64,000 bases of DNA from assembly GCF_006345805.1 (NCBI RefSeq), contig NC_042999.1, positions 68,572,001 to 68,636,000 on the forward strand, in the 5' to 3' direction. This document shows positions 52,396 through 64,000 of this stretch, one piece after another. The notes beneath the pieces were generated by a model that ran no database searches, was not told where the DNA came from, and saw nothing but the letters and a program-made list of their open reading frames with translations. Positions within the stretch are counted from its first letter, which is position 1. Each line of letters begins with the position of its first letter. The position numbers and the translations under genes were made by a program. This DNA is from Octopus sinensis (lineage: Eukaryota).

Positions 52396-55215
52396 TTACA
52401 CAATTGATATCAGTGTGGAATCTGCTGTTAAATACGCATCGCGTTGCTACGAAGTATTACATAATGAACAAAATGGTGATTATCTCCACACTCATCTGAT
52501 CTAACCCTCTGCAACTTCGGTCTTGTTCCCTCCTCCAAATGAAAATCGTAGACGGTATTGTTCAGCTTCTAAAAAGAAGACTTTGGCAGTGCTTTAGTGA
52601 CGTTAAGTTATCAAGTGTACTATTTCGAAAGAGAAAGTGTATGAATTGAAATAATAATTGTCGGTTTAAGCACAAATGCAGTAATTTTTAAGGAGAGAGA
52701 ATCAGTCAGTATTATCAACTTTAGTACTTGAGTGATACTTTATTTTAATTACTCCGAAAGGATGAAAGGTAAACAAACATCGGCATATCCTTTTTAATTT
52801 TGGTATAAGGCCAGCAATTTGGCCTTATGCCATGAAATAACTACGAATCAAGGATTGGCATCAGTGTAATCGATATGCTTTGTACCAAATTTCGAAACCT
52901 TATATAAAGAATTCGTTATTAGTAAAAAAAGTTCGTTAATCTTATTTTTATTATCAGATGACAGACAAAGGCGGCGAGCTAAAAAAATCGTCAGTATGCC
53001 GGACAAAATGCTTAGCAGTTGTTCATTAGTCTTTGTGTTCTGAGTTCAAGTGTTAAGTCCAATTTGCGTTTCATCCTCCCGGGTTCGATAAAATGAACAT
53101 CAGTCAAGTAATGTGGTCGATATAATAATGGATTAGCTTTCTCCGTTGAATTTCAGGTTTTGTGCCACGAGTGGAGAGGATTATCACATGGTGGACAAAT
53201 GCAGAATCATTAAGGTGTTGGACAAAGTCTTGCAATATTTAGTTACATCCTATTTATATTGGTTTCAAATTTTGGCGCAAGGCCAGCAGGTTTATGGGCG
53301 GGGATAAGTTGATTACATCAACCCCAGCGTTCAATTAGTACTTATTCTATCGACCCCGTAAAGAACAAAGGTAAAGTTGACCCCGGTGGCATTTGAACTC
53401 AGAACGTACAGTCAGAAGAAATGCTGCTAAGCATTTTCCCCGGCACGATAACGACTCTGCCAGCTCGCTGCCTCATCCTATTTACTGTATTTTAACTTGT
53501 ATAAGGAACCCTTTTTGTCAAAAATTAGGTTAAAAACATATGGATAGTATCATAATCTCTAACAAAACCTGTTTTCCAAATTTGAAATCCCCAAAATTAG
53601 GGTGTTCCTTATTACACGTTAAAATACGACATATTAAATTCTGATTTCAAATCCTAGCGAAGTCAACTTTGCTTTTAATCCTTCTGCGGTTATAAAACAC
53701 ATTACCAATTACTACCAGTGTTGTTGGTATACGTCATGTACACAAGGCAGCGAGATGGTAGAATGGTCAGCACGTAGAGCAAAATGCTTACGTTCTGAGT
53801 TCAAATTTCGCCGAGATCGACTTTACCTTTCCTCCTTTCGAAGCACTAGGGAGGGCGTTCGATGTAACCGACTTATCCCTTCCCCCGATATTGCTGGCTT
53901 TGTGCCAAAACTTGAAACCCATATAGATCATGTACTAGGATAAATATAATTCCCTATTCTTTCCTTCCTCCCCAAACTTCTAGCCTTCAGTCTGTTTATG
54001 TGATCATTGCTATTGTTACAATGATCCCCTCTTCCGCCGCCCTTGTGGCAAATAAAAGAACTGGTTGTCTTCATCACTGTTACTGTTTTTTTCAATGTTT
54101 TATTCTTATCATTGTCATATTGTTGCTGTGATATATTAGTTTTGTAAATTTTAATGATTGTTCAATACCATATTAGTGTTATCATAGCTAATTTTGTTGT
54201 TGTAGTTCTTGTTGCTGCCACCTTTATTCTCGCCGTCTTTTGTGTCCCTTTCTTGCCGTCGCCGTCGTCGGCATCGCTGTTATTGTCGTAGTATCATTGT
54301 CATCGCTGTTGTCGTTGTTCTTATTATTTTCGTTGTCATTGCTGCTGCCGTTGTTATTGTCTTTCTTGTTGTTGTTGTTGTTGTTGTTGTTGTTGATGTA
54401 TTATTTTCGTTACATTTATTATGATCATTTAATTATGTTATTAATGCTATCATTCCAATCCCCGCACCTTCTCACCCCACTGCTCCTCTCTCTTCTCCGC
54501 CATCTTCGTCGTGCCCTTGTAGTTGAAAACCTTGCTCATGTTGTTGTTGTTGCTGTTGTTATTGTCGCCGTTATCGTTGTATTATTGCTGACATGTTGTG
54601 TATTGCCTCTTAACACATTCTATTTATTTAGCTCCATTCAGTTTTCTATTGTGTAGTTAAAAATGTAGCAGGCAAGGGCGGGAACAGAGCGTCGAGCCAT
54701 GTATGTATGTATGTATGTATGTATGTATGTATTATGTATGTATGTATGTACGTATGTATGTATGTGTGTATGTATGTATGTATGTATGTATGTATGTATG
54801 TATGTATGGAGAGTGTAGTGGGGGAGAAGAGCAATAAGAAAGAAAGAAAAAACCCGGGAAGTAAACATATATTTACATCTCTATTATGGTCCCTGAAGGG
54901 GATCCGTCTAGCTAGAGTTAAGGGCCTGCCTGTCCCCGCACTTGAACGGAGCGTACAGTGATGTTCAGCTTTAATTTACAGCTCATTAGGCATTCATCTA
55001 CTGGTGTTGAATATAATATAAGTACCCTCTCTCGAAAGACACACGGACACACACATAAATCTCGCATACGGACATGTGTACATACACAAACACAGAAACA
55101 CGCACGCGCACACATACAAGCTCATACTCAAACGAAAGACAAGCCTAATTCTCATTATACACGCTAACGTGCATTCACAGCACGCACAGACACGCATATA
55201 TATATATATATATAC

Positions 55216-55259
<44 letters not shown>

Positions 55260-55289
55260 GTATGTATGCATGTTCTTATTCTTATATTT

Positions 55290-55521
55290 TTTTACTTGAT
55301 TCAGTCATTTTGACTGCGGCCATGCTGGAGCACCGCCTTTAAGAGTTTTTAGTCGACGCAACTGAACCCAGGACTTATTCTTTGTAAGCCTGGTACTCAT
55401 TCTATCGGTCATTTTTGCCGAGCCGCTAAGTCACAGGGACGTAAACACACCAACATCAGTTTTCAAGCGATCGTGGGGGAGACAAACACAGAAATAAAAA
55501 GATACACGCACATAAACACAC

Positions 55522-55552
<31 letters not shown>

Positions 55553-55690
55553 ACACACGCACAGACACACATATATGCGACGGGCTTCTTTCAGTTTCCA
55601 TCTACCAAATCAACTCACATGGCTTTGGTCGGCCTGAGGCTATAGTAGACGACACTTGCCCAAGGTGCCACGCAATGGGACTGAACCCGG
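55290..55690 (-). mobile_element. SINE family A, head truncated
   Basis: Family A body in reverse. Confidence 0.8.
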
Positions 55691-55832
55691 ATCCAAGTAG
55701 TCAACGTGAAACCCGTATAAGGGAAAAATGTATGATTATTCCTTTTAAATATATATTTTGTTATATTAAGAGCATTACTACACATCAATGCCTCACGCTA
55801 TGAGGGCATATGTGTGTACGCATATATATCTA

Positions 55833-55913
<81 letters not shown>

Positions 55914-55944
55914 GTCTGTCTGTCTGCCTGCCTGCCTGCCTGCC

Positions 55945-55983
<39 letters not shown>

Positions 55984-56011
55984 TATCTAACTATCTATCT
56001 ATCTATCTATT

Positions 56012-56296
<285 letters not shown>

Positions 56297-56319
56297 GTAT
56301 ATATATACTCTTTACTCTT

Positions 56320-56745
56320 TTACTCTTTTACTTGTTTCAGTCATTTGACTGCGACCATGCTGGAGCACCGCCTTTAGTCGAGCAAATCGACCCCGGAACT
56401 TATTCTTTGTAAGCCCCGCACTTATTCTATCGGTCTCTTTTGCCGAACCGCTAAGTGACGGGGACGTAAACACACAGCATCGGTTGTCAAGCAATGCTAG
56501 GGGACAAACACAGACAACAAACATACATACACACACACTTATATATATATATACATATATACGACAGGCTTCTTTCAGTTTCCGTCTACCAAATCCACTC
56601 ACAATGCATTGGTCAGCCCAGGGCTATAGCAGAAGACACTTGCCCAAGGTGCCACGCAGTGGGACTGAACCCGGAACCATGTGGTTGGTTAGCAAGCTAC
56701 TTAGCACACAGCCACTCCTGCGCCTATAGCCACTCCTGCGCCTAT
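56320..56745 (-). mobile_element. SINE family A, full-length
   Basis: Head to (GAGTAAAA)n tail. Confidence 0.85.
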
Positions 56746-56963
56746 ATATATATATATATATATATATTAGTTCAAAGTGTAGTAAGGTGGGGAAACAACA
56801 TGCAGCTTGATGCTCGGCAAGAATGGAAAAGTCTTTGACGTTTTGTGCCTACGATCTTCCGTATAAAAGATTGAGAGAGGAAACAGAGAGAAAAATGTTT
56901 TGGGATTAAGTGTTTAACAAGATGAAAAATATACATATGTGTATGTGTGTGTCTGTGTGTGTG

Positions 56964-56994
<31 letters not shown>

Positions 56995-57005
56995 AAGTGT
57001 GTGTG

Positions 57006-57296
57006 AAGGCGCGTGGCTTAGTGGTTAGGGCATTCGGCTCACGATCGTAAGGTCGTGAGTTCAATTTCCGGCAACATTTTATTTCACTTTGCTTCAGCAG
57101 GCAAAAATGAGTCTTACCTGTATTTCAAAAGGCCAGCCTTGTCACACTCTGTGTCACACTGAATCTGCCTGAGAACTACGTTAAGGGTACACGTGTCTGT
57201 GGAGTGCTCAGCCACTTGCACGTTAGTTTCACGAGCAGGCTGATCCGTTTGATCGTCTCAGCTTGGACCCTCATCGTCGTAACCGACGGAGTACTC
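57006..57296 (+). mobile_element. SINE with family C 3' body but a different tRNA-like head
   Basis: Head GGCGCGTGGCTTAGTGGTTAGGGCATTCGGCTCACG; body GGCCAGCCTTGTCACACTCTGTGTCACACTGAAT as at 19219. Confidence 0.65.
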
Positions 57297-57324
57297 CTTA
57301 ATAATGTGTGTATATATATATATA

Positions 57325-57520
57325 AGGTTAATCCAAACGGGAAAACAGGAAAAACAACAACACGTGGAACAATTACAGTATTATTATTATTAGGCGCTCA
57401 GGAAAAAGGAAGAAGGAGGGTATGACGTTTCGAGCGGAGCTCTTCGTCGGAAACATAGGAGAAAGAAAGATCCCGAGACGGGAGGACAGAGGAAAAAAAA
57501 TTGCAGGTAGTCTTCACGAG
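57325..57520 (-). mobile_element. Penelope-like terminal fragment with minimal hammerhead motif (57424-57450)
   Basis: CCGACGA-A-GAGC tcc GCTC-GAAACGTC; ends GGATTAACCT(TA)n. Confidence 0.7.
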
Positions 57521-57762
57521 GTCACATACTGAAAAGAACGGAAGTTGTAAAAAAGGAGGAAATGTTTTTTAAAAACAGGAGAGCTGAATCAAAGAGGGAA
57601 TGGTAAAAAGGTGTGCGAGAAAACGAGGGTGTGTGTATGTGTGTGTGCGTGTGTGTGTATGGTGGACAGTGGCTAGTAGCAGGCAGTAGTAGAGTTAAAG
57701 AGTGTGTGGGGGGGTACCCTAGCAAGTGAGAAGGCAGGTCAGAAACAGGGAGGTTGTGTGTG

Positions 57763-57862
57763 NNNNNNNNNNNNNNNNNNNNNNNNNNNNNNNNNNNNNN
57801 NNNNNNNNNNNNNNNNNNNNNNNNNNNNNNNNNNNNNNNNNNNNNNNNNNNNNNNNNNNNNN
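57763..57862. other. Assembly gap (100 N)
   Basis: Run of N. Confidence 1.
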
Positions 57863-57892
57863 CTCCTTTCTTTGGCTGTTCGTTCGCCGACC

Positions 57893-58000
57893 ATTATTAT
57901 TATTATTATTATTATTATCATCATTCAGGTCACTGCCTGGAATCGAACTCGGAATCTTGGGGTTAGTAGCCCGCGCTCTTAACCGCTACTCCATATGCCC
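57893..58000 (-). mobile_element. Short tRNA-derived SINE (76-nt tRNA-like body plus (AAT)n tail)
   Basis: GGGCATATGGAGTAGCGGTTAAGAGCGCGGGCTACTAACCCC...GAGTTCGATTCC; stems are imperfect. Confidence 0.6.
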
Positions 58001-58075
58001 GGATTGAATTCTGTTTATTCTGTTCGTTCTATCAAATCCACACGCGCAAGCACACACACACACACACACACAACA

Positions 58076-58110
<35 letters not shown>

Positions 58111-58990
58111 GCTTGATTGTGTGTGTGTGTGTGTGTGTGTATGCTTGCGTGTGCGTATATTCAATGCGAACACCACGTAACTGCCATACGTCTCATTATG
58201 CTACATTACTGAAAGCCATTATTTCCATCAAGAGGTATTATCAATATTTTTCAAATGACGATATATAAACGATACATACGGAGTCCGTCATAAATTCCTC
58301 CAAAAATCAATATATGAGCTAATGAATTAGATCAATTTATGAATTCAATTAATGAATCACATAATCAAATCCATTAATAAATGATTAGCTTTTATTAGAT
58401 GATTAATGAATTCAAAATTTTCCTAAAATAAATACGTTTTTAGCTTTTCAGGTTTGATTCAGGAATCAAATATTTGAGTTGATGGCGGCAGCGAATTGCT
58501 GTAATGAAAGTTTATTATTAATATTAAGTAAGTTGGTCATGTATATTATCTCTATGAATTATTTCCAGTATGTTGTATGAATTACAATACAAATATCTAA
58601 AATGAAAATTATTTAAAAAATTTAGTCGAGCCAAATCGTCGCGAATGATTGTTAATGAAGTGCTATGCCGACATTCAACATATATGTTTTCTTAAAGATG
58701 AGGCTCAACCATAAGATTCGCTTTTCCGGTATATCAGAGAATATAATCATCAACGTAGACCATATCTAGTTTCATTGGATTCCGGATTTCCCACCCTTAA
58801 TATTCAAGATAATTGTACAATGCCAAGGGCATATTAAGCTTCCGGTGTGCTTACCAATTTGAGCTTACGGATATATCTGTGTGTGTGGAGGCTTAATGGC
58901 CCAGTAGTTAGGGCAGCGGACTCGCGGTCGTAGGACGTGTTGCAACATCTTATGGCCTTGTCCGTCACGTGATCGCGTGATATGTATAAA

Positions 58991-59214
58991 TATATGTATA
59001 AATTAAATTAGAGATAAAACCACTAATAAGCAAATCAAACAGTGAAAAACAAAAAACAAAAACATAAAAATAAAAATATAATATACAAAATATATAAAAT
59101 TTATATTTTATATATTTTGTATATTATATGTTTTTTTTATGTTTTTGTTTTTTTGTTTTTCACTGTTTGATTTGCCTATTAGTGGCTTTATCTCTAATTT
59201 AATTTATACATATA
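58991..59214. repeat. Near-perfect 224-bp palindrome (110-bp arms, 4-nt loop)
   Basis: 58991-59100 is the reverse complement of 59105-59214 with few differences. Confidence 0.9.
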
Positions 59215-59257
59215 TATATATATATATAATTTGTATACATTTGTATATATAATACGT

Positions 59258-59314
<57 letters not shown>

Positions 59315-60141
59315 CATAGATATATATATATAATGTGTGCATTATGTGGTCGGTTGAGCTGAAAATATGCACACCTATGTAAAAAGTGCTGGCAAGCTTG
59401 CGTGACTACTATTTTTTTCCTCAAATGAAAGGTGTTACCTCTAGGACAAAATTCCTCATCTTATAAAATGTGGCCCCAGTAGACCCGAATGAAATCGGGT
59501 TATATTAAGCAAAATGTGAAAAGGGGTCTCAATGGGGCTGGAAGGGGATTAAAATTTAAAGGAGCGGGTGTTTAGGAATTCTCTGTTACATCAAGCTAAA
59601 ACATTTGCGCCAGCCTTTTAATCGTCAATGTGTTGCCGTCCATGATGAAGAAGTTTGAATGCTTGCCATGGGTGAGTCTACTGTCGTGAGAAAGAATCAC
59701 TTCAAAACTTGGTGTTTAGGAATTTTCTTTTACATCAAGTTCAAAATTTTACGCCAGCCGTTGAACTGTCAATACGTTGCTGTCCGTCGTTAAGAAATGC
59801 CAGCCATGGTGACTCTACTATCCTCAGATTCTATCCCTTCAAACTTTGGTTTCCAATATTTTATTATTTTTATTCAGCTCGCAAATTCGTCTGTTCCTTT
59901 TAAATGTTAGTGTTTTGCTGTCTCCCTTGAAGCAGACCTTTCCGTTGTTACTGCCTGATATTTATGATTGATCTTTCTAAATATTTTATTTCTCAACTTA
60001 CTCAAGATCTTTTGTTGTTTATAAATGGGAGAGAGATAGATAAAGATAGAGAGTAAGAGAAAGCGAGGGAGAGTCCGAGAGAAAAGAAAAGTAAGAGAGT
60101 GGGAAACTGAGAGAGAAAGGAGAGAGAAACAAAGAGGGAGA

Positions 60142-60468
60142 ATCATCATCATCATCATCATCATCATCCTTTAACGTCCGTTTTCCGTGCTAGCACGGGT
60201 TGGACAGTTTGACCGGGGGTCTAGGAAGCCAGGAGGCTGCACCAGGCTCCAGTCTGATCTGGCAGTGTTTCTACTGGTGGATGCCCTTCCTAACGCCAAC
60301 CACTCTGTGAGTGTAGTGGGTGCTTTTTTCGTGCGGCCGGCACAGGTGCCAGGGGAGGGGGCTGGCAGCGGCCACGATCGGTTGGTGCTTTTTACGTGCC
60401 ACCGGCACAGAAGCCAGTCAAGGCGGGCTGCAATTGGCCACGTTCGGATGGTGCTTTTTACGTGCTGA
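60142..60468 (-). mobile_element. SINE/LINE-tail repeat with (GAT)n tail and internal ~65-bp tandem repeats
   Basis: Reverse 3' end CCAACCCGTGCTAGCACGGAAAACGGACGTTAAAGGATGATG; GGTGCTTTTT(A/T)CGTGC occurs three times. Confidence 0.55.
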
Positions 60469-60557
60469 AAGGAAGCAACAGAAAGTAACAACCACACTCT
60501 TACCCGCGCGTAGAGCGGGTCACCTTAAGCTAGTATATATATATATTCATACATACA

Positions 60558-60797
60558 CAGAAGTGCTGAAAAGTTCTCGGTTTTAAGGGCATCGTGAAAG
60601 GTCTGATTGGAGGACTAACCTTCTGATTTCTTTTCTGTCTTTTTTTTTTGCTTTTTTCAGGGCTTCAAAAAACTGAAGGACCGCTGCAACAAGTGTGTGA
60701 ATTTGAGAGGGGAATAAGTTGAATAAAATCATAATTAACTGATGATCCCCTGTATTTTCTTCTTCCCCAAGCCAGGAACTTTTCAGCACCCCTCATA
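60558..60797 (+). mobile_element. Mariner-derived MITE
   Basis: TIRs GTGCTGAAAAGTT and AACTTTTCAGCACCCCTCATA; internal GFKKLKDRCNKCVNLRGE*VE* matches a mariner transposase C-terminus. Confidence 0.7.
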
Positions 60798-61056
60798 CAT
60801 ACACACACATATATATATACATTCATACTAACATATATATACACACTGACACATCCCCACATGCATATCTACATACATACATGCATTCATACATACAGAC
60901 GTATATATTCTGGTATGAATAAATGTTTACTGGGCGAAGAGGTCTTATCTTTAAATACATGATTAAGCTTGTAAAATAACACGGTATTACATAACATTGA
61001 TTTTTGTTCATTGACTATATAATTTCCGCCTTGCTCTTCCCCTGTCTGTCTCTGTC

Positions 61057-61100
<44 letters not shown>

Positions 61101-61619
61101 TCTTTCCTTTGTTCCTCCTAATAAGGGTATTCTAAATACCTGCATTTTTACTATATATTTTGGCTTTACTAGAATGCAAAAAAATGAAGGATTTACCGTT
61201 AACGAATATTTATACATATTGACACAAAACGCATTTGGACATACGTTCGCAAAGACATACGTATATACACACAAACAAGCATACACAGTGTCACAAACAC
61301 ATACACATGTGGCTACGTGTTTCATGTATGTAAACTATACATGCATGAACGTATAAGTGTATTTTATATGCGTATATAAATATAATTAATTCATATATGC
61401 CTGAATTAATTATAATGATACAGAGGTAAAAAAAAAATCTTATCAACTGAAAGGTAAACATATTTAAAACAAAAAAAAACAAATAAAAAGCAGAGAGCAG
61501 AAAGAGAGAGCGAGAGAGAGAGAGAGAGAGAGAGAGTGGGAGAGAAATGGAGAGAGGAAGAGAGAAAGATAGAAAGTAGTAAAGAAAATGGAAAATGAGA
61601 AGGAAGAAAGAGAAATAAA

Positions 61620-62035
61620 TAATGGCCATCTCCACCACCATCACCACCACCAATACCAGTAACTTCAACTTGACCATCATTATCTATACATCCACCATCA
61701 TCACTACCATCAGTGCCATCACTACTACCACCACTACTACCACCATCACCACCATCAACACCACCAGTACCACCACTACTACTTCCATCACCGTCAACAT
61801 CACCACCACCACCACCACCACCACCACCACCACTACCGTCATCTTCACGACGACGACGACCATCGCCACAACCACCACCACCACTAACACCACCACCATC
61901 ATCATCATCACCATCTTCACGATGACGACGACGACCACCACCACTACCATCACCACCACCACCACCACCATCACCACCACTAACACCACCACCACCCAAA
62001 CCATCACCGCCTCTGCTGCCAAAACCACCAGCATA

Positions 62036-62068
<33 letters not shown>

Positions 62069-62493
62069 GACCAACACTACCACCACTTTCACCTCCACCA
62101 CCTTCCCTCTCATCTTAATTCTCCTCTTTTTGTTTTTAACAAGGAATGGTGAAATTGTGATGTTTATACGTGTTACACTTTTACGCATCAACGTTTCACA
62201 ATGTCAACACAAAAAACGCCCCCTCTCCAATTCGAACCCTCACTGCCCCGCATTTTACATACACCTTCGTTCATTAAGCCTTCTCTCTCCACCCTCATCA
62301 CTTTCCTTTCCATCACCATCAATGACAACATCGGCAACCCGCAAAAAAACCACAATCCCACCACTACTACCGCCACCCACCACACCACCACCACCACCAC
62401 CACCACCACCACCACCACCACACCACCATCACCACCACTCACACCACCACCACCCAAACCATCACCGCCTCTGCTGCCAAAACCACCAGCATA

Positions 62494-62525
<32 letters not shown>

Positions 62526-62893
62526 AAACTACCACCACTTTCACCTCCACCACCTTCCCTCTCATCTTAATTCTCCTCTTTTTGTTTTTACCTCGAGATT
62601 GGTAAATTGATGTTTATACGTTACACTTTTACGCATCAACGTTTCACAATGTCAACACAAAACGCCCCCTCTCCAATTCGAACCCTCACTGCCGCATTTA
62701 CACCTTATCGTTCATTAAGCCTTCTCTCCCACCCTCATCACTTTCACCATCATCAATGACAACATCGGCAACAGCAAAAACCAACAATCCCACCACTACT
62801 ACCGCCACCACCACCACCACCACCACCACCACCACCACCACCACCACCACCGCCGCGACCACCACCACCACCACGGCCACCGCCGCCGCCACC
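61620..62893. repeat. (ACC/ACT)n low-complexity region with a ~458-bp tandem duplication
   Basis: Copies start at 61991 and 62449. Confidence 0.85.
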
Positions 62894-63157
62894 TGACTGT
62901 GTACAATGCTCAATAGCGTGGAATAACAACTATTCTGAAACCGGTAATGGGATTAAATATAGAGGGAAAAGAAAGGAAGAAAGAGATAGAGAGGGGGGAG
63001 AGAATGGGGGAGAGAGAGAGAAAGAGAGAGATGAAGAAAGAGGGACATGGAAAGAGAGGGAGGGAGAGAGAGAGCGGGGGGTAGAAATAGAGAGGGAGAT
63101 GGAGAGAGGGAAGGAGATGGAGAGAAAGGGAGATGGATAGTGAGGGAAATGGAGAAG

Positions 63158-63194
<37 letters not shown>

Positions 63195-63581
63195 AAGAGG
63201 GAAGAGAGCCAAATGAAATACCATAATTCCGAGATGCTACAATCGGACCTGCCTCCCTCCCTCCCACCGAATCTCTATTCCGACTGAAAAAGCATCTTGT
63301 ATGACACTCGCATCGAGTCAAAACCCGTCAACAATGGCCGTAAAGACTATTTAGAATTCACGAGTGACACAGTCCCCGCTTTCGTGTCGTTTGTTTTGTT
63401 TTGCTTTGTTTTGTTTTGCTTTGTTTTTTTTTTTCTCTCTCTTCCCCCATGCTATGTCATCTGACTTATGTCAGCCGCACGGATTTATCTAATAATAACG
63501 ATATTACAACCCGTAATAATATAACGAAGACGATAATGATAATGACTAGCGATAATGCTGATGCCAACGATAGTGATACTC

Positions 63582-63585
<4 letters not shown>

Positions 63586-63658
<73 letters not shown>

Positions 63659-63665
63659 AATGATG

Positions 63666-63699
<34 letters not shown>

Positions 63700-63947
63700 T
63701 GATGATAATAATAATAATAATGATAATAATGATGATGATAATAATAATAATAATGATAATAATGATGATAATAATAATAATAATAATGATGATAATAATA
63801 ATAATAATGATAATAATAATGATAATAATAATAATAGTAATAATAATAATTATAATGATAATAATAATAATAATAATTATAATGATAATAATAATAATAA
63901 TAATTATTATTATAATAATTATAATGATAATAATAATAATAATGATG

Positions 63948-63996
<49 letters not shown>

Positions 63997-64000
63997 TGAT
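63586..64000. repeat. Long (AAT)n/(GAT) microsatellite
   Basis: Direct inspection. Confidence 0.95.

Noticed and set aside
53930-54062. Another Tx1-like 3' end (GCCCTTGTGGCAAATAAAAGAA)
   Set aside because: The match is only ~20 nt, with no coding remnant or TSD visible.
61406-62570. Long Thr/Gly/Val/Pro-rich ORFs (mucin-like)
   Set aside because: They are translations of (ACC)n/(ACT)n microsatellites; the same applies to the many IY, HT, RE and LS-repeat ORFs across the window.

Overview
AT-rich, microsatellite-saturated eukaryotic DNA with no recognisable intact host gene. It is probably intronic or intergenic; the tRNA-SINE families and simple repeats suggest an octopus-like cephalopod (inference). 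The window holds dozens of tRNA-derived SINEs and decayed retroelements: a Tx1/L1-type 3' end, CR1-type endonuclease and RT fragments, a Penelope GIY-YIG fragment and a possible RTE relic. It also holds Tc1/mariner relics and Helentron-like non-autonomous elements. Two systems stand out. (1) A ribozyme-based system: a non-coding ~489-nt tandem repeat (13585-14943), arranged as an inverted array inside a (TA)n-rich minisatellite. Each complete unit carries a well-formed type I hammerhead ribozyme, as in retrozymes. At least seven dispersed Penelope-type minimal hammerhead motifs occur elsewhere. (2) A Tx1-dependent group sharing one ~45-nt 3' tail: the Tx1 LINE, a 1.7-kb ORF1-only (HAL1-like) element with a 15-bp TSD inside a SINE head, and a SINE subfamily whose copies repeatedly join at one fixed internal SINE site. 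All alignments, folds and coordinates were done by eye; SINE boundaries are approximate.
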